A DNA stretch of 63,893 bases, the filler included, from Octopus bimaculoides (Eukaryota), in the NCBI RefSeq assembly GCF_001194135.2. It is 7 parts of 6 records of this genome, joined end to end, with 100 filler letters (N's around TTAATTAATTAA, not from the genome) between each part and the next. Parts side by side here need not be neighbours in the genome. Positions count along the whole stretch, not along the records: positions 24,046 to 50,652 come from NC_068981.1; 6 more parts are not named here. The stretch is one strand, 5' to 3'. Made by a program: the position numbers and the translations under genes. Of the stretch, positions 33,721 to 46,721 are shown in pieces; within the stretch, counting starts at the first letter, position 1, and each line of letters starts with the position of its first letter. The notes below the pieces were generated by a model. It was not told the origin of the DNA, ran no database searches, and saw nothing but the letters and a program-made list of their open reading frames with translations.

Positions 33721-35753
33721 GTAAGTTGCACGTTTGTTTAATTATAGAATTGCTACTGTTGAATTGTTACTGTTAATCAATAGTTTTGTGCTCTAGCAAC
33801 ACTTTGTTTTGCTGCCTTGTGGCAGTGTTGTTAATGCTTTCCTCCTTCGTTTGAAGGAGGAAGCACTAATTTTTGTCTCAACATGGAATATGAAAATTTA
33901 AGTTCTCCAGACTTCACGTCATTTGAAGAAGAGTTGCTAAGATCAATAAATGCAATTGACAAGGAAATGGAAGGTTGAAAAAGACTTTGCAGCTGTGGCT
34001 ATCGAAACAGATAACTATCGAAAGGAAGGATCTAGAGAAAAACAAGGAAATGTTATGTAGAGTGGGGCACAATATTAAGGTGACCCCTCCCAATGAAATT
34101 ATAAGGACAACTAGAGAAGGGAGAATAGTGTACAGAATTTACATGCTGAAAACGAAGAAAGTTGAGATGACAATGACACAGCAAGTGGAGAGAGCCCTGA
34201 AACCCATCTGGCAGGGAATTACCTGCCTTGCCAGAGGGAGGAAGTTCATGACAGTGGAGGTGCAGTTTCTTACTGAAGTAATAGCCAGGCAGCATTCAAC
34301 AACCTCCCTGGAGACTGACAGAGTGATGCTTCTACCCATTTACCTGTAAAGACGTGCTTTCAGGGTAAGGGTAGAGGAGATACCCCCGGAGGCGGCAGCA
34401 ATACTGCTAGGTCTTCAGAAAACGATTGCAGTCCTCCAGGCCACGGGAACAACACAAAGAAATTGGCAAGTCCAGGGCCTGGAAATGTTTATCCCGGCTG
34501 CCCTGGAGGACCTGGAAAAAATAGTAGACACCATAACGGTGGGTGAAGATGTGATACTTAGAGTTATGTTAGAGGGCAATAGCCAGGCAGCATTCAACAA
34601 CCTCCCTAAAGACTGATGGGGTGGTACTTCTACCCATTTACCTGGAAAGATGTGCTTCCTGGGTAAGGGTGAAGGAGATACCTCAAGAGGTAGATGTGGC
34701 CTGGCTGGTGGCAGCAATACTGCTAGGTTTCAAAGAAAAGACTGCGGTCTTCCAGGTCACAAGAACAGCACAAAGAAATTGGCAAGGCTAGGGCCTGGAA
34801 ATGGTTATCTAGGCTGCCCTGGAGTACCTGGAAAGAATAGTAGACACCATAAGAGTGGGTGAGGATGTGATATTTAGGGTTATGTTGGAGGGCAGGAAGC
34901 CCCATTGTTACAAGTGTGGCTAAAAAGGCCACATCAGAGCGGAATGCCCTCCATCGCCCGTAAAGGCACTAGTGACACCATCAATTGAAAAAGAAACTGC
35001 ACCCCACCTCCTATGATAACAGTTGTTGTGGGAGTAGGTGAGGGCAAACCCAACATTAAGGAAATAAAGGAAGACAAAGAGGAGTATAAAACCAAGGATG
35101 AATGGGAAACAGCCAAAAAAACAGAGAAGAAAGGCACAAACTGTTGATGTTGACCCCCCACTCTACCCCCACCCGGCCCCCCTCTACAGCCACCAGCCCT
35201 CACGCTACACCCCCAGACATGAAAACCAGTCTTGCAGACACACAGAAGCCATGAATTCCCGTACCCCAATCCCAAGAAAAGTACCTTATGGTGTTTTATA
35301 ATGACACGAGTGAAAAGCGAACACTTTGGATTACAAGGAAATACCCTTTCATGTGAAATGTTCACTCATGTTGAGGGAGAACTTTGATAGGCTGGAAGAG
35401 ATCTTCGGGAGGAATGTCATCAATATGGAAAAAGAGGTCAATATCAACGGATTGCCCGCTACAATAAGTTTCCGAATTTTATATCCAGAAACGATAAGAT
35501 GGAATAGCTAATGATGTTAAAATTGTTTCAGCGACTTTAAAATGTTTCATTGACTGTGTAAAGAATATTTTTTAAAAGTTTCAATGAGGTCATTGGGAGT
35601 GTGGGGTTCGAGTGGCTGTCATTTCATCCATCCATTCTTTTTTTTTTTCATGTCGTTTCATTATTTTCATGTTGTTTCATTATTTTTTTCCATACTTGTG
35701 CTGTCCCTGTATTGTCCCTCTATGTTGGCCTCTTGTGGGTAATAAAAAAATAC
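33721..35753 (+). mobile_element. ORF1-only Tx1/L1-type non-LTR element (decayed ORF1, CCHC knuckle, no EN/RT)
   Basis: 16-bp TSD CTTGTGAACTACTTGA (33705-33720 and 35754-35769) and tail AATAAAAAAATAC. ATG at 33883; CYKCG*KGHIRAEC at 34906-34947. Confidence 0.85.
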
Positions 35754-37539
35754 CTTGTGAACTACTTGAATGTAAAATTCCTAGAGAGCTCTGTTCATCC
35801 TGATGAGGGAGTCATTGCTGAGATGCACTTTAACTTGCAATCAGACCATGGCAATGAAATCCCAAAATGGCCATAGGTGTGGATTTTGACTTACCTTTCT
35901 TTGGAACTCTCTTACGCTCCTTGCATACTGAATCTACCATGGAGTGCTTCATTTTTAAGAACTGACTATTTTGATATATTTTTAGTCAATGGGTAAAATT
36001 TTTTAGTCAATTGATATACTTTAATAATTCTTTTTATTCGTCTACTTTAGTTGATTTTTATATACATTTTTCTGGACAGGTCCTTCTATATATTTTTGTA
36101 TTTTTATATGTGCATATATATATATTTTACCTTCGGTGTTCATATACGTATTTCTTTTATATGTTGAAGGCAATGGTATTATTTGTATATGATGAAATGT
36201 ATAGAAGCATGAGGTTATATAAAGTTGTTGGCCACAATTTGATGTTTGTTCACAAATCAATGATTTTTGTCTCTTTCTCTATTTCACTTGAGAACTTCTT
36301 TTTCGCAATCCTATATATCTTCTTGTTTTCATAAAAAGAAACGAAAATTATTTCTTGTCACTATATATATGTGTATATATGTATGTATGTATATATATAT
36401 ATATATATCATCTTATAATAAAAGAATAAAAAATCTTGTAAATACAGCTACCCAGGGGTTTTTGGCCAGCTGTAAACAAGACTGTTTTTGAGCAGATAAC
36501 ATTTAAATAAATGTGACACTGATAAAGAAGACAAGAAGAAGAACACAAAGGCAATAACCAAAGTTGCAATAATTTGCTGTTAAGCTGATATAAACAAGAT
36601 GTTAATGGTTTACAAAATGTTCGGTGGCCTACTTTTAAATTCCAGTGGAGCGCTAAGAGCACCGTCCAGGCGTGATCGTTGTCAGAGCAACTGTCTGGCT
36701 TCCATGCCAATGGCACGTAAATAGCACCATTTGAGCGTAATTGTTACCAGTGTCGCCTTCCTGGCACTTGTGCTGGTGGCATGTGAAAAGACATTCGAGC
36801 GAGGTCATTGCCAGTACCGCTGGACTGGCTCCTGTGCAGGTGGCACATAAAATACACCATTTTGAGTGTGGCCGTTGCCAGTACCGCCTGACTGACCTTC
36901 GCACCGGCGGCACGTAAAAGCACCCACTACACTCTCGGAGTGGTTGGCATTAGGAAGGGCATCCAGCTATAGAAACTCTGCCAAATCAGATTAGAGCCTG
37001 GCATAGCCATCCGCTTTGCCAGTCCCCAGTCAAATCGCCCAACCCATGCTAGCATGGAAAGCGGACGTTAAACGATGATGATGATGATGATGTATTTGAT
37101 GAAATGTTGACATACAGGAAAAAATCTCTTTCCTGGAATTTATGTATTTGTTGGAGGTTCTCAAGTTTTTTTAAGAGTTACAGTCTTTCAAGAGAACACC
37201 CTGAACAGTTTTTGGACTCATTGATATAGGATCGGGATTAGGAGCTTCTTTAAGTTCCCAGATTAAAGTGGAAAAATATTTTAATGTCTCTTATCACAGT
37301 ATCTGAAATTTGAAAGATGGTTGTTAGAACTGGATTTGAATTTTCCTTCTACAGCTCCAATATAACGTTTGATATCTGTACAACCATTGTATGTATACAC
37401 ACACACGCACACACACACACACACATTTTTTTTCATCATGTTGAACCATTAATCCCTACAAATCTTTTCTCCTCTTCAAAATTAACAAAATTTGGCACCA
37501 TAGTGTTATCAAGTACCTGCAGAAAAAGGGGTTAGCCAT

Positions 37540-38530
37540 CTAGAACAGTGCAAAATATAGAAGGGCACATGAGAGTTTTGAAGATGACCTAATGTCTGGA
37601 CATCTTGCAACGGCTACCACCAAGGAAAACATTGATCATGTTCACCACATAGTGATTGATGATAGATGATTGACTATAAATCTAACAACTAATGCTATTG
37701 GCATATCCCGTGAGAGAGTTGAGAATATTCTGCACAATAAGCTCAACATGACAAAGATTTCAGCTCGGTGGGTTCCACATCTTCTGACACCTGATTAAAA
37801 GTGCACCAGGCTGATCACATCACAAGAAAATCTGACTTCGTTTGAAGCAGATCCAGCTGGTTTTCCCAAATGTTTCTTAACTTGGGATGAGTGTTGACTT
37901 CATCACTTTGAACCAGTGACAGAGAGACAATCCATGCAGTGAAAACACCCCTTCTTCTCTGCTCTAACACAGACCAAGATCATTTCATCTGCAGTGAAGG
38001 TGATGGCTTTAGTTATTTGGAATGCAAAAGGTACTGTGTATATCAACTATCATCAGAAGGGCCACACCATCAATGGAGAGTACTATGCTAACTTACTAAG
38101 GCAGTTACAAAAGGCTGTCTAGACTAAATGCCCAGGAAAACTGATGAAAGGGGTCTTGTTTCATCAGGACAACACTCCAGCACACAAGTCCTTGGTATCA
38201 ATGGCTGCTGTGCATGACTATGGTTTTGAACTGGTTGATCACTATCCCTATTCTCCTGATTTGGCCCCATTTGATTATTATCTGTTCCCCAGCATGAAAA
38301 AGCACTTGACTAGGAGCCAGTATCACAGTACTGATGACATCATGTCTGCTGTTGTTGACGTTTTTGACCAACAGGACAAAAGCTTCTTCAGCAACAAGAT
38401 CCAAAATCTGCAACACCAATGGAAGAAATATGTTGACCACGGGGTGGGGCTATGTTGAAAAATAAATCTCATTTGGCCACATTCTATGAGAGTATTTTGA
38501 TCAGCCTATGAACTCTTCGGCTGACCCTTG
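37540..38530 (+). mobile_element. 5'-truncated mariner (D,D34D) transposon, inactive
   Basis: ARWVPHLLT, LFHQDNTPAH and YPYSPDLAPFDYYLF motifs; right end ...GCTGACCCTTG-TA; stops and frameshifts upstream. Confidence 0.95.
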
Positions 38531-39950
38531 TAGATATCATTCAACTACGGTAGTAGTTGAATAATATTCTTAAGGCCGCAATTTATTCACATGCAGCATC
38601 TTCAGAGCTTTGTCGCTAATTCAGTTCTTAAGCAAATTGGAAACTGTTAACATTTTTGAAGAGGACTGGAACCTAGCTACATTTTTGCATAAAAAATTGA
38701 GATCTGGTCCAGTAGAAAAAAATTTACATCAAAATTTGTAGCAACGTTATAGGAGAGTAAGTAATGCCTCCAGTCAAGTTTAGATCTAAATAACTTTTTT
38801 TATTTTAAAAGCAAGATATATTTATCGTAGCTTCAATGACAGAAGAAAGCACGAAGAATTTCTTAGTTTTGATCCCATGCAACAAAAATTTGTATCTAAA
38901 AAGTTGTAAGGCAAAAAATTGGATTTAAGTATAATTAACTTTTTCGTTTTAAAAACAAACTATATTTTAATTAAGCTTAGATGATAGAGCTCAATTCAAG
39001 GAATTTCGTGGTATCAACCTCATGCAATGAAGTTTTAAAAGAAAAAGGTTATGAGTGTTTGTTTCTGAAATTCTTACTTTTTTATGGATATAGTTCTATA
39101 AGGGGACTTTTAATATATGTCACTGGCATCATTGAGGTAAGGAAAAAATTATCAATGACACCACTAATTTGCAATTAGTTTAATTACATCATGTGTATTA
39201 ATTAATGCAATTATATCATAAAAATGAAAAAAAATTAAAATAATATTTAGAAATTTTGGCAATCACCATTTTGGCAATCTTTCATTTTAACTCAAAGGCA
39301 TGTGTGCATGACATTCGGTAAATTCCGTAAAAAAATTTTATTTATTTATTTTTGTGAGTGGAAATGTACATTTTGTTTGAAGTCATCATAAAACAAAAGA
39401 GAGAGGAAATGGACATGGATGCGTGTATGTGTTGATGGGGGTCGTGAGACAGAAAGCGTGTATTGTGTGTGTATGTGAGAGAGAGAGACAGAAAGAGAGC
39501 AAGAGATAGAGTGACAGCATAAATTTTACTTAATTACTTATACATACATGGAAAAAAAATTATCATGAGAACACACACCTTCATTCAATGACTGACTCAT
39601 TCTCTCTCCACACACACACACATATAAAAAACATGTATGCATATGTATTTATGAATGTATGTGTATATGACAGACAATGGGTGTACGTATGTGTTTGTGT
39701 GCACGTATGACTGACCCTAGCCATTTTAGGACAACACCTCTCTCTCTCAGTCAATCACTCACACTCATTCACTAAAAAATGTGACAAAAACTAAATAAAT
39801 GAAAGGATTTACGCTATCACTCTCTCCCTCTGACAACATACTTCTCTCGCTCTCAGTCAGTCAATCACTCGCACACTCACCAAAAAAAGATGCAAGGAAA
39901 AATAAATAAAAAAATGTATGCTGTCACTTTTTGTCCCCCTCACACACACG

Positions 39951-40017
<67 letters not shown>

Positions 40018-40405
40018 TCTCGTTCAATGAAGTTTATTAAATTTATTATTCAATTTTCAATAAGGTAAACTCTCAAATTATTAATTGACATATTATTAAT
40101 TAGCATAATAGCATAGCCTGGAAAAATCATGGATTACATGGAAAAATGAAAGCAAGAGAAATAATATTCTTAAGATTACAAACCTGGAAAAGTACAGGAC
40201 AAGTTATTACAATTGGAAAAGTTCAGGACAATTTATTATATCTGGTAAAGTACAGAACAAGAAGATTTTTACTTAAAATATTTTATCCTTAGCTGCAGCT
40301 AAGGATAAAATATGAATATTAAAAAATTATTTTATTTTAATTTACAGAGTAACATTATAATTAAAAAAGGTACTATCGCTTTGTTCAAATTTTGATACAC
40401 TAGAA

Positions 40406-40702
40406 CAGAGGTTTTCAAACTTTTTAACTTGCAGACCCCTTTATATTTCAGGCTTTACCTTAGGGACCCCCTTATAAACGCTTATGAAATTTATACATAA
40501 ATATTTGCTTAAAATAACATATATTTTTACATTTATTTATTTAACAGTATTTAACAAATAGGTTTATTGTCAATTAAAAGATTTCGATTAAAAAACATAT
40601 ATAAAATCAAATTGCCCATAAAAAGCATTTGCTGTCCATGGACTCCCGGTCTTGTCCTTGAGGAACCCCTGTGGTCCGCGGACCACAGTTTGAAAACCCC
40701 TG
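40406..40702. mobile_element. hAT (Charlie-type) MITE, 297 bp
   Basis: TIRs CAGAGGTTTTCAAACT / AGTTTGAAAACCCCTG and a perfect 8-bp TSD CACTAGAA. Confidence 0.93.
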
Positions 40703-40933
40703 CACTAGAATACTTAAAAAATAAGAGCCAGAAGTACCAATATAGCTAAAGTTTTATGCAAAGTAGAATAGTATATATGGTAGACAAATTCATTATGTAA
40801 AAAATAGGCATTGAGTCCAGACTACAAATGTGAAGACTTGGCACTTCAGCAATAACTCAAGCAAATTTTACTGTGAATTTGTTATAGGTAGATTTTACTG
40901 TAATATATAACTAATTTTTGTATTATTCTATTT

Positions 40934-40997
40934 ATTGTACTAACTAATCATTGTACTAACTAATTATTGTACTAACTAATTATTGTACTAACTAATC
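40934..40997. repeat. 16-bp minisatellite x4 (ATTGTACTAACTAATY)
   Basis: Four consecutive units are directly visible. Confidence 0.95.
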
Positions 40998-41625
40998 AAG
41001 TAACAAGTAATAACAAATAGAAATAATAACATGTAATAAAACTTTTAGTTTTAATAAAAGCTAATATTTTCTAAATCAAAATATTTTTTATTTGAAATTT
41101 TACCCTTAGCTGCAATATTCTAAGTAAAATTTTTTCTTGTTCTGTACTTTATCACATGTAATAACTTGTCCTGAACTTTTCCAATTGTAATAACTTGTCC
41201 TGTACTTTTCCAGTTTTATAATCTTAGGAATATTATTTCTCTTGCTCACATTTTTCCATGTAATCTCTATATATATAAATGAGAATGTGTGTCTGTCTGT
41301 CTGNNNNNNNNNNNNNNNNNNNNNNNNNNNNNNNNNNNNNNNNNNNNNNNNNNNNNNNNNNNNNNNNNNNNNNNNNNNNNNNNNNNNNNNNNNNNNNNNN
41401 NNNGTATATATAATAGACTTCTTTCAATTGTTATCTATTAAATCTACTCACAAGGCTTTGATCAGCCAGAGGCTATACTAAAAGACATTTCCCAAAGGTG
41501 CCATGCAGTGAGACTGAACACAGAACGATGTAGGTGGGAAGCAAACTTTTTACAACACAGTAATGCATACACACATGCACACACAGACACTCACACACAC
41601 ACACATACATACATACATACATACA

Positions 41626-41659
<34 letters not shown>

Positions 41660-41673
41660 CCTACATACATACA

Positions 41674-41705
<32 letters not shown>

Positions 41706-42237
41706 AAACCAATGTAAATCATGTCTTCATGCACATAAGGCACTGGATGAAAAATTGGCAAAACCAAGTGTTAGAATTAGTTTGACTCTACACCAAAGAA
41801 ATTTTAAATGTCTAAATTATAGATAATTTCATTTCAATTTTTATGTAAATGGATTTGATCCTAGCCTCTGTTAACCAAGAAATTATCTAACAATTTTAGT
41901 TTACTTTTTCACCACAAAGTTGAATTTTTCTGTTACTTTATTGTTAATAATGTTGGAGAATTTTTACTGCTTTACACTCAAGACACAATGACAATGATGG
42001 GATATGAATTCATAACTCTTGAGCTGTTATGATAACACTTTAGCTACTCTTCCTCTCAATGCTAATGAAAATCTGATAAATCATGTTTCACAGAAATTTA
42101 GCCTTTTAGGGAATGCCATAAGGAATGCCATGAGAATATCATTCTTATACAAAAGGGGAACAATCTGGTTAAACAACTTACAAACTAAATTTCTCACTGA
42201 GATTAAACTAACAAACCTTTGGCTGTCTTTACAAGTA

Positions 42238-42642
42238 CAGTGTACCCCTGCTTATTAGCGGTTCAGCATTCGTGGTCCCAGTTATTTGTGGAACTAATAA
42301 TTGTTCATGCAAACCACCACATATTCACAGAATTGTAAATATCGTCCGTGATTTTTTATGGTTTTTTTCATGGCGATATATATTTTTTCACACTTTTTAA
42401 GGCTAAATTATTAATAACAATATACCGTATTTTCCAGCTTACTGGACGCCCCTTTGCAATTGAAACTCCCTCTGATTAGAATAGCCATGCATCAGGTCAC
42501 TTGATTGTTTTAAATACAAGTACACTGTATCTTGTGTCTCTTATTCCAGCTTTCAATCAAAGCTTGCTAATTAGTATAGTGACATCTACCTTTATTTCAT
42601 ACATACACACTGGCTGCCAATGACAGATCAAAGATATATACA

Positions 42643-42688
<46 letters not shown>

Positions 42689-44913
42689 ATTATTATAGTA
42701 TACATTACTGTATCTAGTAGTAATACAAACTAAATTTTTCAAAACCATGATTATTTTTAATCTCTGCTCAATCTCCCATTGGTGATATGCTTATATTAGA
42801 CAAAAGGAAGATTTTGTAGGTTTTTTTGGGAAAAACTGCGTCTAGTAGCTATCTCGAGTATTTTGTTGAGTGCTGTGTTTTTCGCCGCATATTATTAAAG
42901 CCCTAAGATGCCACCCAAACACCCTACACCTTCTAAGGCTTCTTGCAGTGAACCTAAGCACCAGAAAAAGGTTATGACGCACCATGAGAAGGTACAGTTG
43001 CTGGATATATTCTGGGAAGGTAAAGTTATGCAGCAGTAGGTCACTATTATGTTGTCAATGAAAGCAGCATACTCTACATTAAGAAGAACAAGGTGGCAAT
43101 CAGGACCACCGTGACAGTAAGTTTTTGTGAAAGAGACAAAAAGGTAACAATAGTGAGAAACAAGCACTTCATCAGGATGGAATCTGCCTTGGCATTGTGG
43201 ATCAGTGACCGCAAGAAGAACATTCCCTTGAGCAATAACATCACTTGCAGAAAATTGCTGAAATTATACCTGCAGTTCGACAGAAGAGATGGAGCAGAAA
43301 GCACCGAGGAACCACAACCAAGACCATTGACAGCACCAGAGCCTGAAAATTTTCAAGCCAGCAAGGGATGGTTTGACAGTTTCCAGAAACGGTTTAAAAT
43401 AAAGTGTGTTTCTCTGCTTGGAGAGACAGTATCAACCAACAAAGAAGCCGCTGAGAAGTACTTCAAGACCTTCAGGCAGAGCATCAAGGACAAGGGATAC
43501 AAGCCAGAACACGTTTTCAATATGGATGAGATTGGCTTCTGAAAGATGCCTTCCAGAACATACATCATGAAGGATGAAGCCAGAGCCTCAGGATTTAAGG
43601 CACAGGACAAAGTGATGCTAATTATGTGTGGCAATGCTACTGGCTTCATGATGAAACCAGAATTTATCTACAAATCTGCGAACCCGAGGGCCTTCAAAAA
43701 TAAGAATAAAACTCTGCTTCCTGTCCATTTGATGCACAATCCCAAGGCCTGAATTACCAAAAGTCTAACTTTGAATCGGTTCCACCAATGCTTCATTTCT
43801 CAAGTCAAGGAATACCTCCAAAACGTATGCATGGAATTCAAGGTGTTGCTTGTTATGGATAATGCTGGTGGTCACTCTTTGGATCTGAATCACAAGGGAG
43901 TCCAAGTTGAGTTCCTTCCTGCCAATACCACCTCCCTCATTCAGCCTATGGATCAAGGTATGATCCATGCCTTCAAGGCATTTTACACTCAGAACTCTCA
44001 AACACCTTGTGGATGCAATGGATTCAGATGAGAGTTTCAAGTTAAAAGAATACTGGCATAACTTCACGATCGCAACATGCCTGTCAGTCATCCATGCTGC
44101 TCTTAAAGACATGAAAACAGAAACCTTCATTGCATGCTGGAAGAATGTGTGTCTAGGACTACGAGGGCTTCTTACCTGAAGATATTTAGTATGAGGCTGT
44201 CAACAATGCGGTGAAACTGACAAAGGTACTTGGCAAAGGTTCTGATGACATCACGCAAGATGAGGTTAACAACCTCATCGATGCCCACTCTGAAACCCTG
44301 ACAGACGAAGATTTGTTGGAGTTAACGAAGTCTGCCAGCAGAGAGGATGAGGAAGTGCCAGATCCAGAGGAAGAAGAGGATGAAGTGGTCCTGGTAGTTG
44401 AATGTCTGTATGACCTTTTAAGGGCAGCAAAGGAATTACAAGGGAAGGAGGACGCATGGGATCCCTATATGGTTCGGTCTCTCCAATTTAAAAATGCTAT
44501 CGATGCTGCCATGCAGACATATAAAACTCTCCTCACCACCATGAAGAAACGACAGCAACTTCCCATCACAATTTTCTTCAAGACCACCAAGAAAGCCTTG
44601 CACGAAGATATGACATCACCTAAAACAGTCGTCACCTGAAGAGTTTTAAGTCTTCTTTGCTGTGCAGTCATCACCTTCATTATTTTCATTATCATCATTT
44701 TAAATCAATATCATTCATTATTGGTGAGCAACCATACATTTTACTTTATTTTTTATTAAATTACTATTAAATATTTATGTGTGTGCATGTGTGTGTATTA
44801 CATCATATTTTGACATTTATAGGCGTTTTTATGGACCACGTCCAATATTTGCAGTTTTTAACTATTCGCGGGTGCTCTAGGAATGTAAACCCATGAATAT
44901 CAGGGGACTACTG
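42238..44913 (+). mobile_element. Full-length decayed Tigger/pogo DNA transposon
   Basis: TA-CAGTGTACCCCTG ... CAGGGGACTACTG-TA ends. Transposase fragments include FQASKGWFDSFQKR (CENP-B HTH), VFNMDEIGF, LLVMDNAGGH and LIQPMDQGMI, with multiple stops and frameshifts. Confidence 0.96.
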
Positions 44914-46501
44914 TATATACTGTTTATCAGTTCAGTAGGTTTATAGTGGATGTACTCAGTTAAATGACTCTTACAATACTTAGTAAATGCTCTCTATAGT
45001 TTTTATTTCCTCTAAAATACTGACATTTCACTAGAGGATACTGGTATATGAAGTTTTCCAACAGAGACCAAATTTTCTGTTGCTTAGAACTGATGTACAG
45101 TATAGTATTATTTTCTTTCTCCTATTTATAACTATTACCCAACAAGAGAGTATAATTATGAAAAGCTCACTTATAAGCCAATATATTCCTTATGGTAAAC
45201 AGTAAGGGAATTTAACCTATCATTTGTTTGTTCTTTTTTTTATTTCTACACTTGCTCCTTGATAATGGATAAGGACATTTTCCATGAAAGTTAAATATGA
45301 CGATAAAACTATTGGACAAATGTCTTCCTTATCTATCTCTAACTTACAAAATATTCTCTTTCAAACCTCCCAACATCTGTCTTACATTCTACACTTTCCA
45401 ATGCTTAAGTTGTATATTTAAATCCTCATGATATATGTGTTTAAAACAATATAATTTTTATTGCCAAACAAAAATTTCCAGCTTCTTGGATTTAAAGTAT
45501 CTTTTGTTAGTTTATCTAAAATAATGTTTTGCCTTTATTGTACCCCTAACTCTCCTACTTATCAAAAATTCACTGTTTCTCTGTATTGTGAACATTAAAC
45601 AGTTCTCATTCTGGTCATTGTTTCAGATATTTATTTATCTAAGAAAGAAACTGAGAAGTGGAAATTTAATAGTTTTCTATACATTGAAAATAACAAGTAT
45701 GAAGTATTCCAAATTGGCAAGGTAGTATATTTGTATGAACTCAGATATCATTGGGAAGATATGCATTGAGATGACACTAATGGACTTGACCTCAATGGCA
45801 CTAAAGAAGAAAAAAATACATGTAAAAATTGTTATGAAAGGTTGCTAAGTTAAGAATATGAGTGGAGTTTTGAGAATGTACTTAAAGTGAAACCATCAGT
45901 TGCACCAACTGTTTAGTTCAAGCATTATCAGTATGATTATAAGGAAGAGAAAGCTTTGTATTCCAACCCAGTGAAGAAGTGTTTTTGACTCAACGTTTAA
46001 AGTTCAATCACTACTCTAATATTTCCATATCAATACTTGTATATACTTGCAAGACTTGTTTAATGAGGTGGACTATGTTTCAGAAAAGTCACAGTAGAAT
46101 TAATACTGTATTAGTTGGAACTGTAACATACACATCTTCCCGCCAAGTATATCCAGTGCAATATATTACTGATGGACCAATAGTCCAGTATTTGTCCATT
46201 CAAATACTATGTTGTTTCTTCTAAACCTGTTCAAAACAATTGTGGAGGTGTGTGGCTTAGTGATTAGGGTGTTGCACTCATGATCATAAGATTATGGTTT
46301 TGATTTCTGGACTAGGCAGTGAAATGTGTTCTTGAGCAAAACACTTCATTTTATGTTGCTTTATTATATTCAGCTGGCAAAAATGAGTAATCCTGCAATG
46401 AACTTGAGTCTTATCTAGTGGGGAATATATAAGCCACAAAATATGGGAAACTGGCCTTATGAGCCTATAGCTCAGAAAGGACCTTTTATTTTTTTATTTA
46501 A

Positions 46502-46721
46502 CCCTTTAGTCTTTAAACTAGCCATATCAGGCCAAAATTGTCTTCCAGTTTTATGCTCAAACCAGCCAGCTCTGACCTCTCACACCTACCCTAGAAAGTC
46601 ATTCTAAAAATAAACAGGGACATCATCAAAATCTCAGAGTTACAAGATGCTGTACAATTAACTTAAAACAATGTAATTAAACAGGCTTTACATTTGACAG
46701 AGTAATCTGAATGCTAAAGGG
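46502..46721. mobile_element. piggyBac MITE, 220 bp
   Basis: TTAA-CCCTTTAG ... CTAAAGGG-TTAA. An inverted, more decayed copy lies at 51465-51683. Confidence 0.9.

Larger units (their letters stand above)
40128..41265. mobile_element. Foldback-like element with ~170-bp inverted arms
   Basis: 40130-40310 is the reverse complement of 41090-41265 with few mismatches; arms contain ~30-bp subrepeats (GGAAAAGT.CAGGACAAGTTATTACA). Confidence 0.7.

Noticed and set aside
35800-35830. CTGATGAG hammerhead-like motif just past the half-LINE TSD
   Set aside because: The required GAAA box is absent (GCTGAGAT).
36660-36920. Repeat-spacer-like periodicity suggesting a CRISPR array
   Set aside because: The whole ~60-bp unit is homologous between repeats with no unique spacers; it is part of a eukaryotic SINE-like family and there are no cas genes.
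40934-40997. Four tandem TACTAAC branch-point consensus motifs
   Set aside because: They are part of a minisatellite inside a TE, with no downstream polypyrimidine/AG acceptor or exon.
41264-41303. Helitron-like 5' start (TC-TATATATATAAATGAGAATG...CTGTCTG)
   Set aside because: Only 40 bp before a gap and no 3' hairpin/CTRR seen; too little to annotate.
46110-46195. Minus-strand VIYCTGY resembling the FMO FATGY motif
   Set aside because: Short frame bounded by stops, with no splice sites or other FMO sequence.
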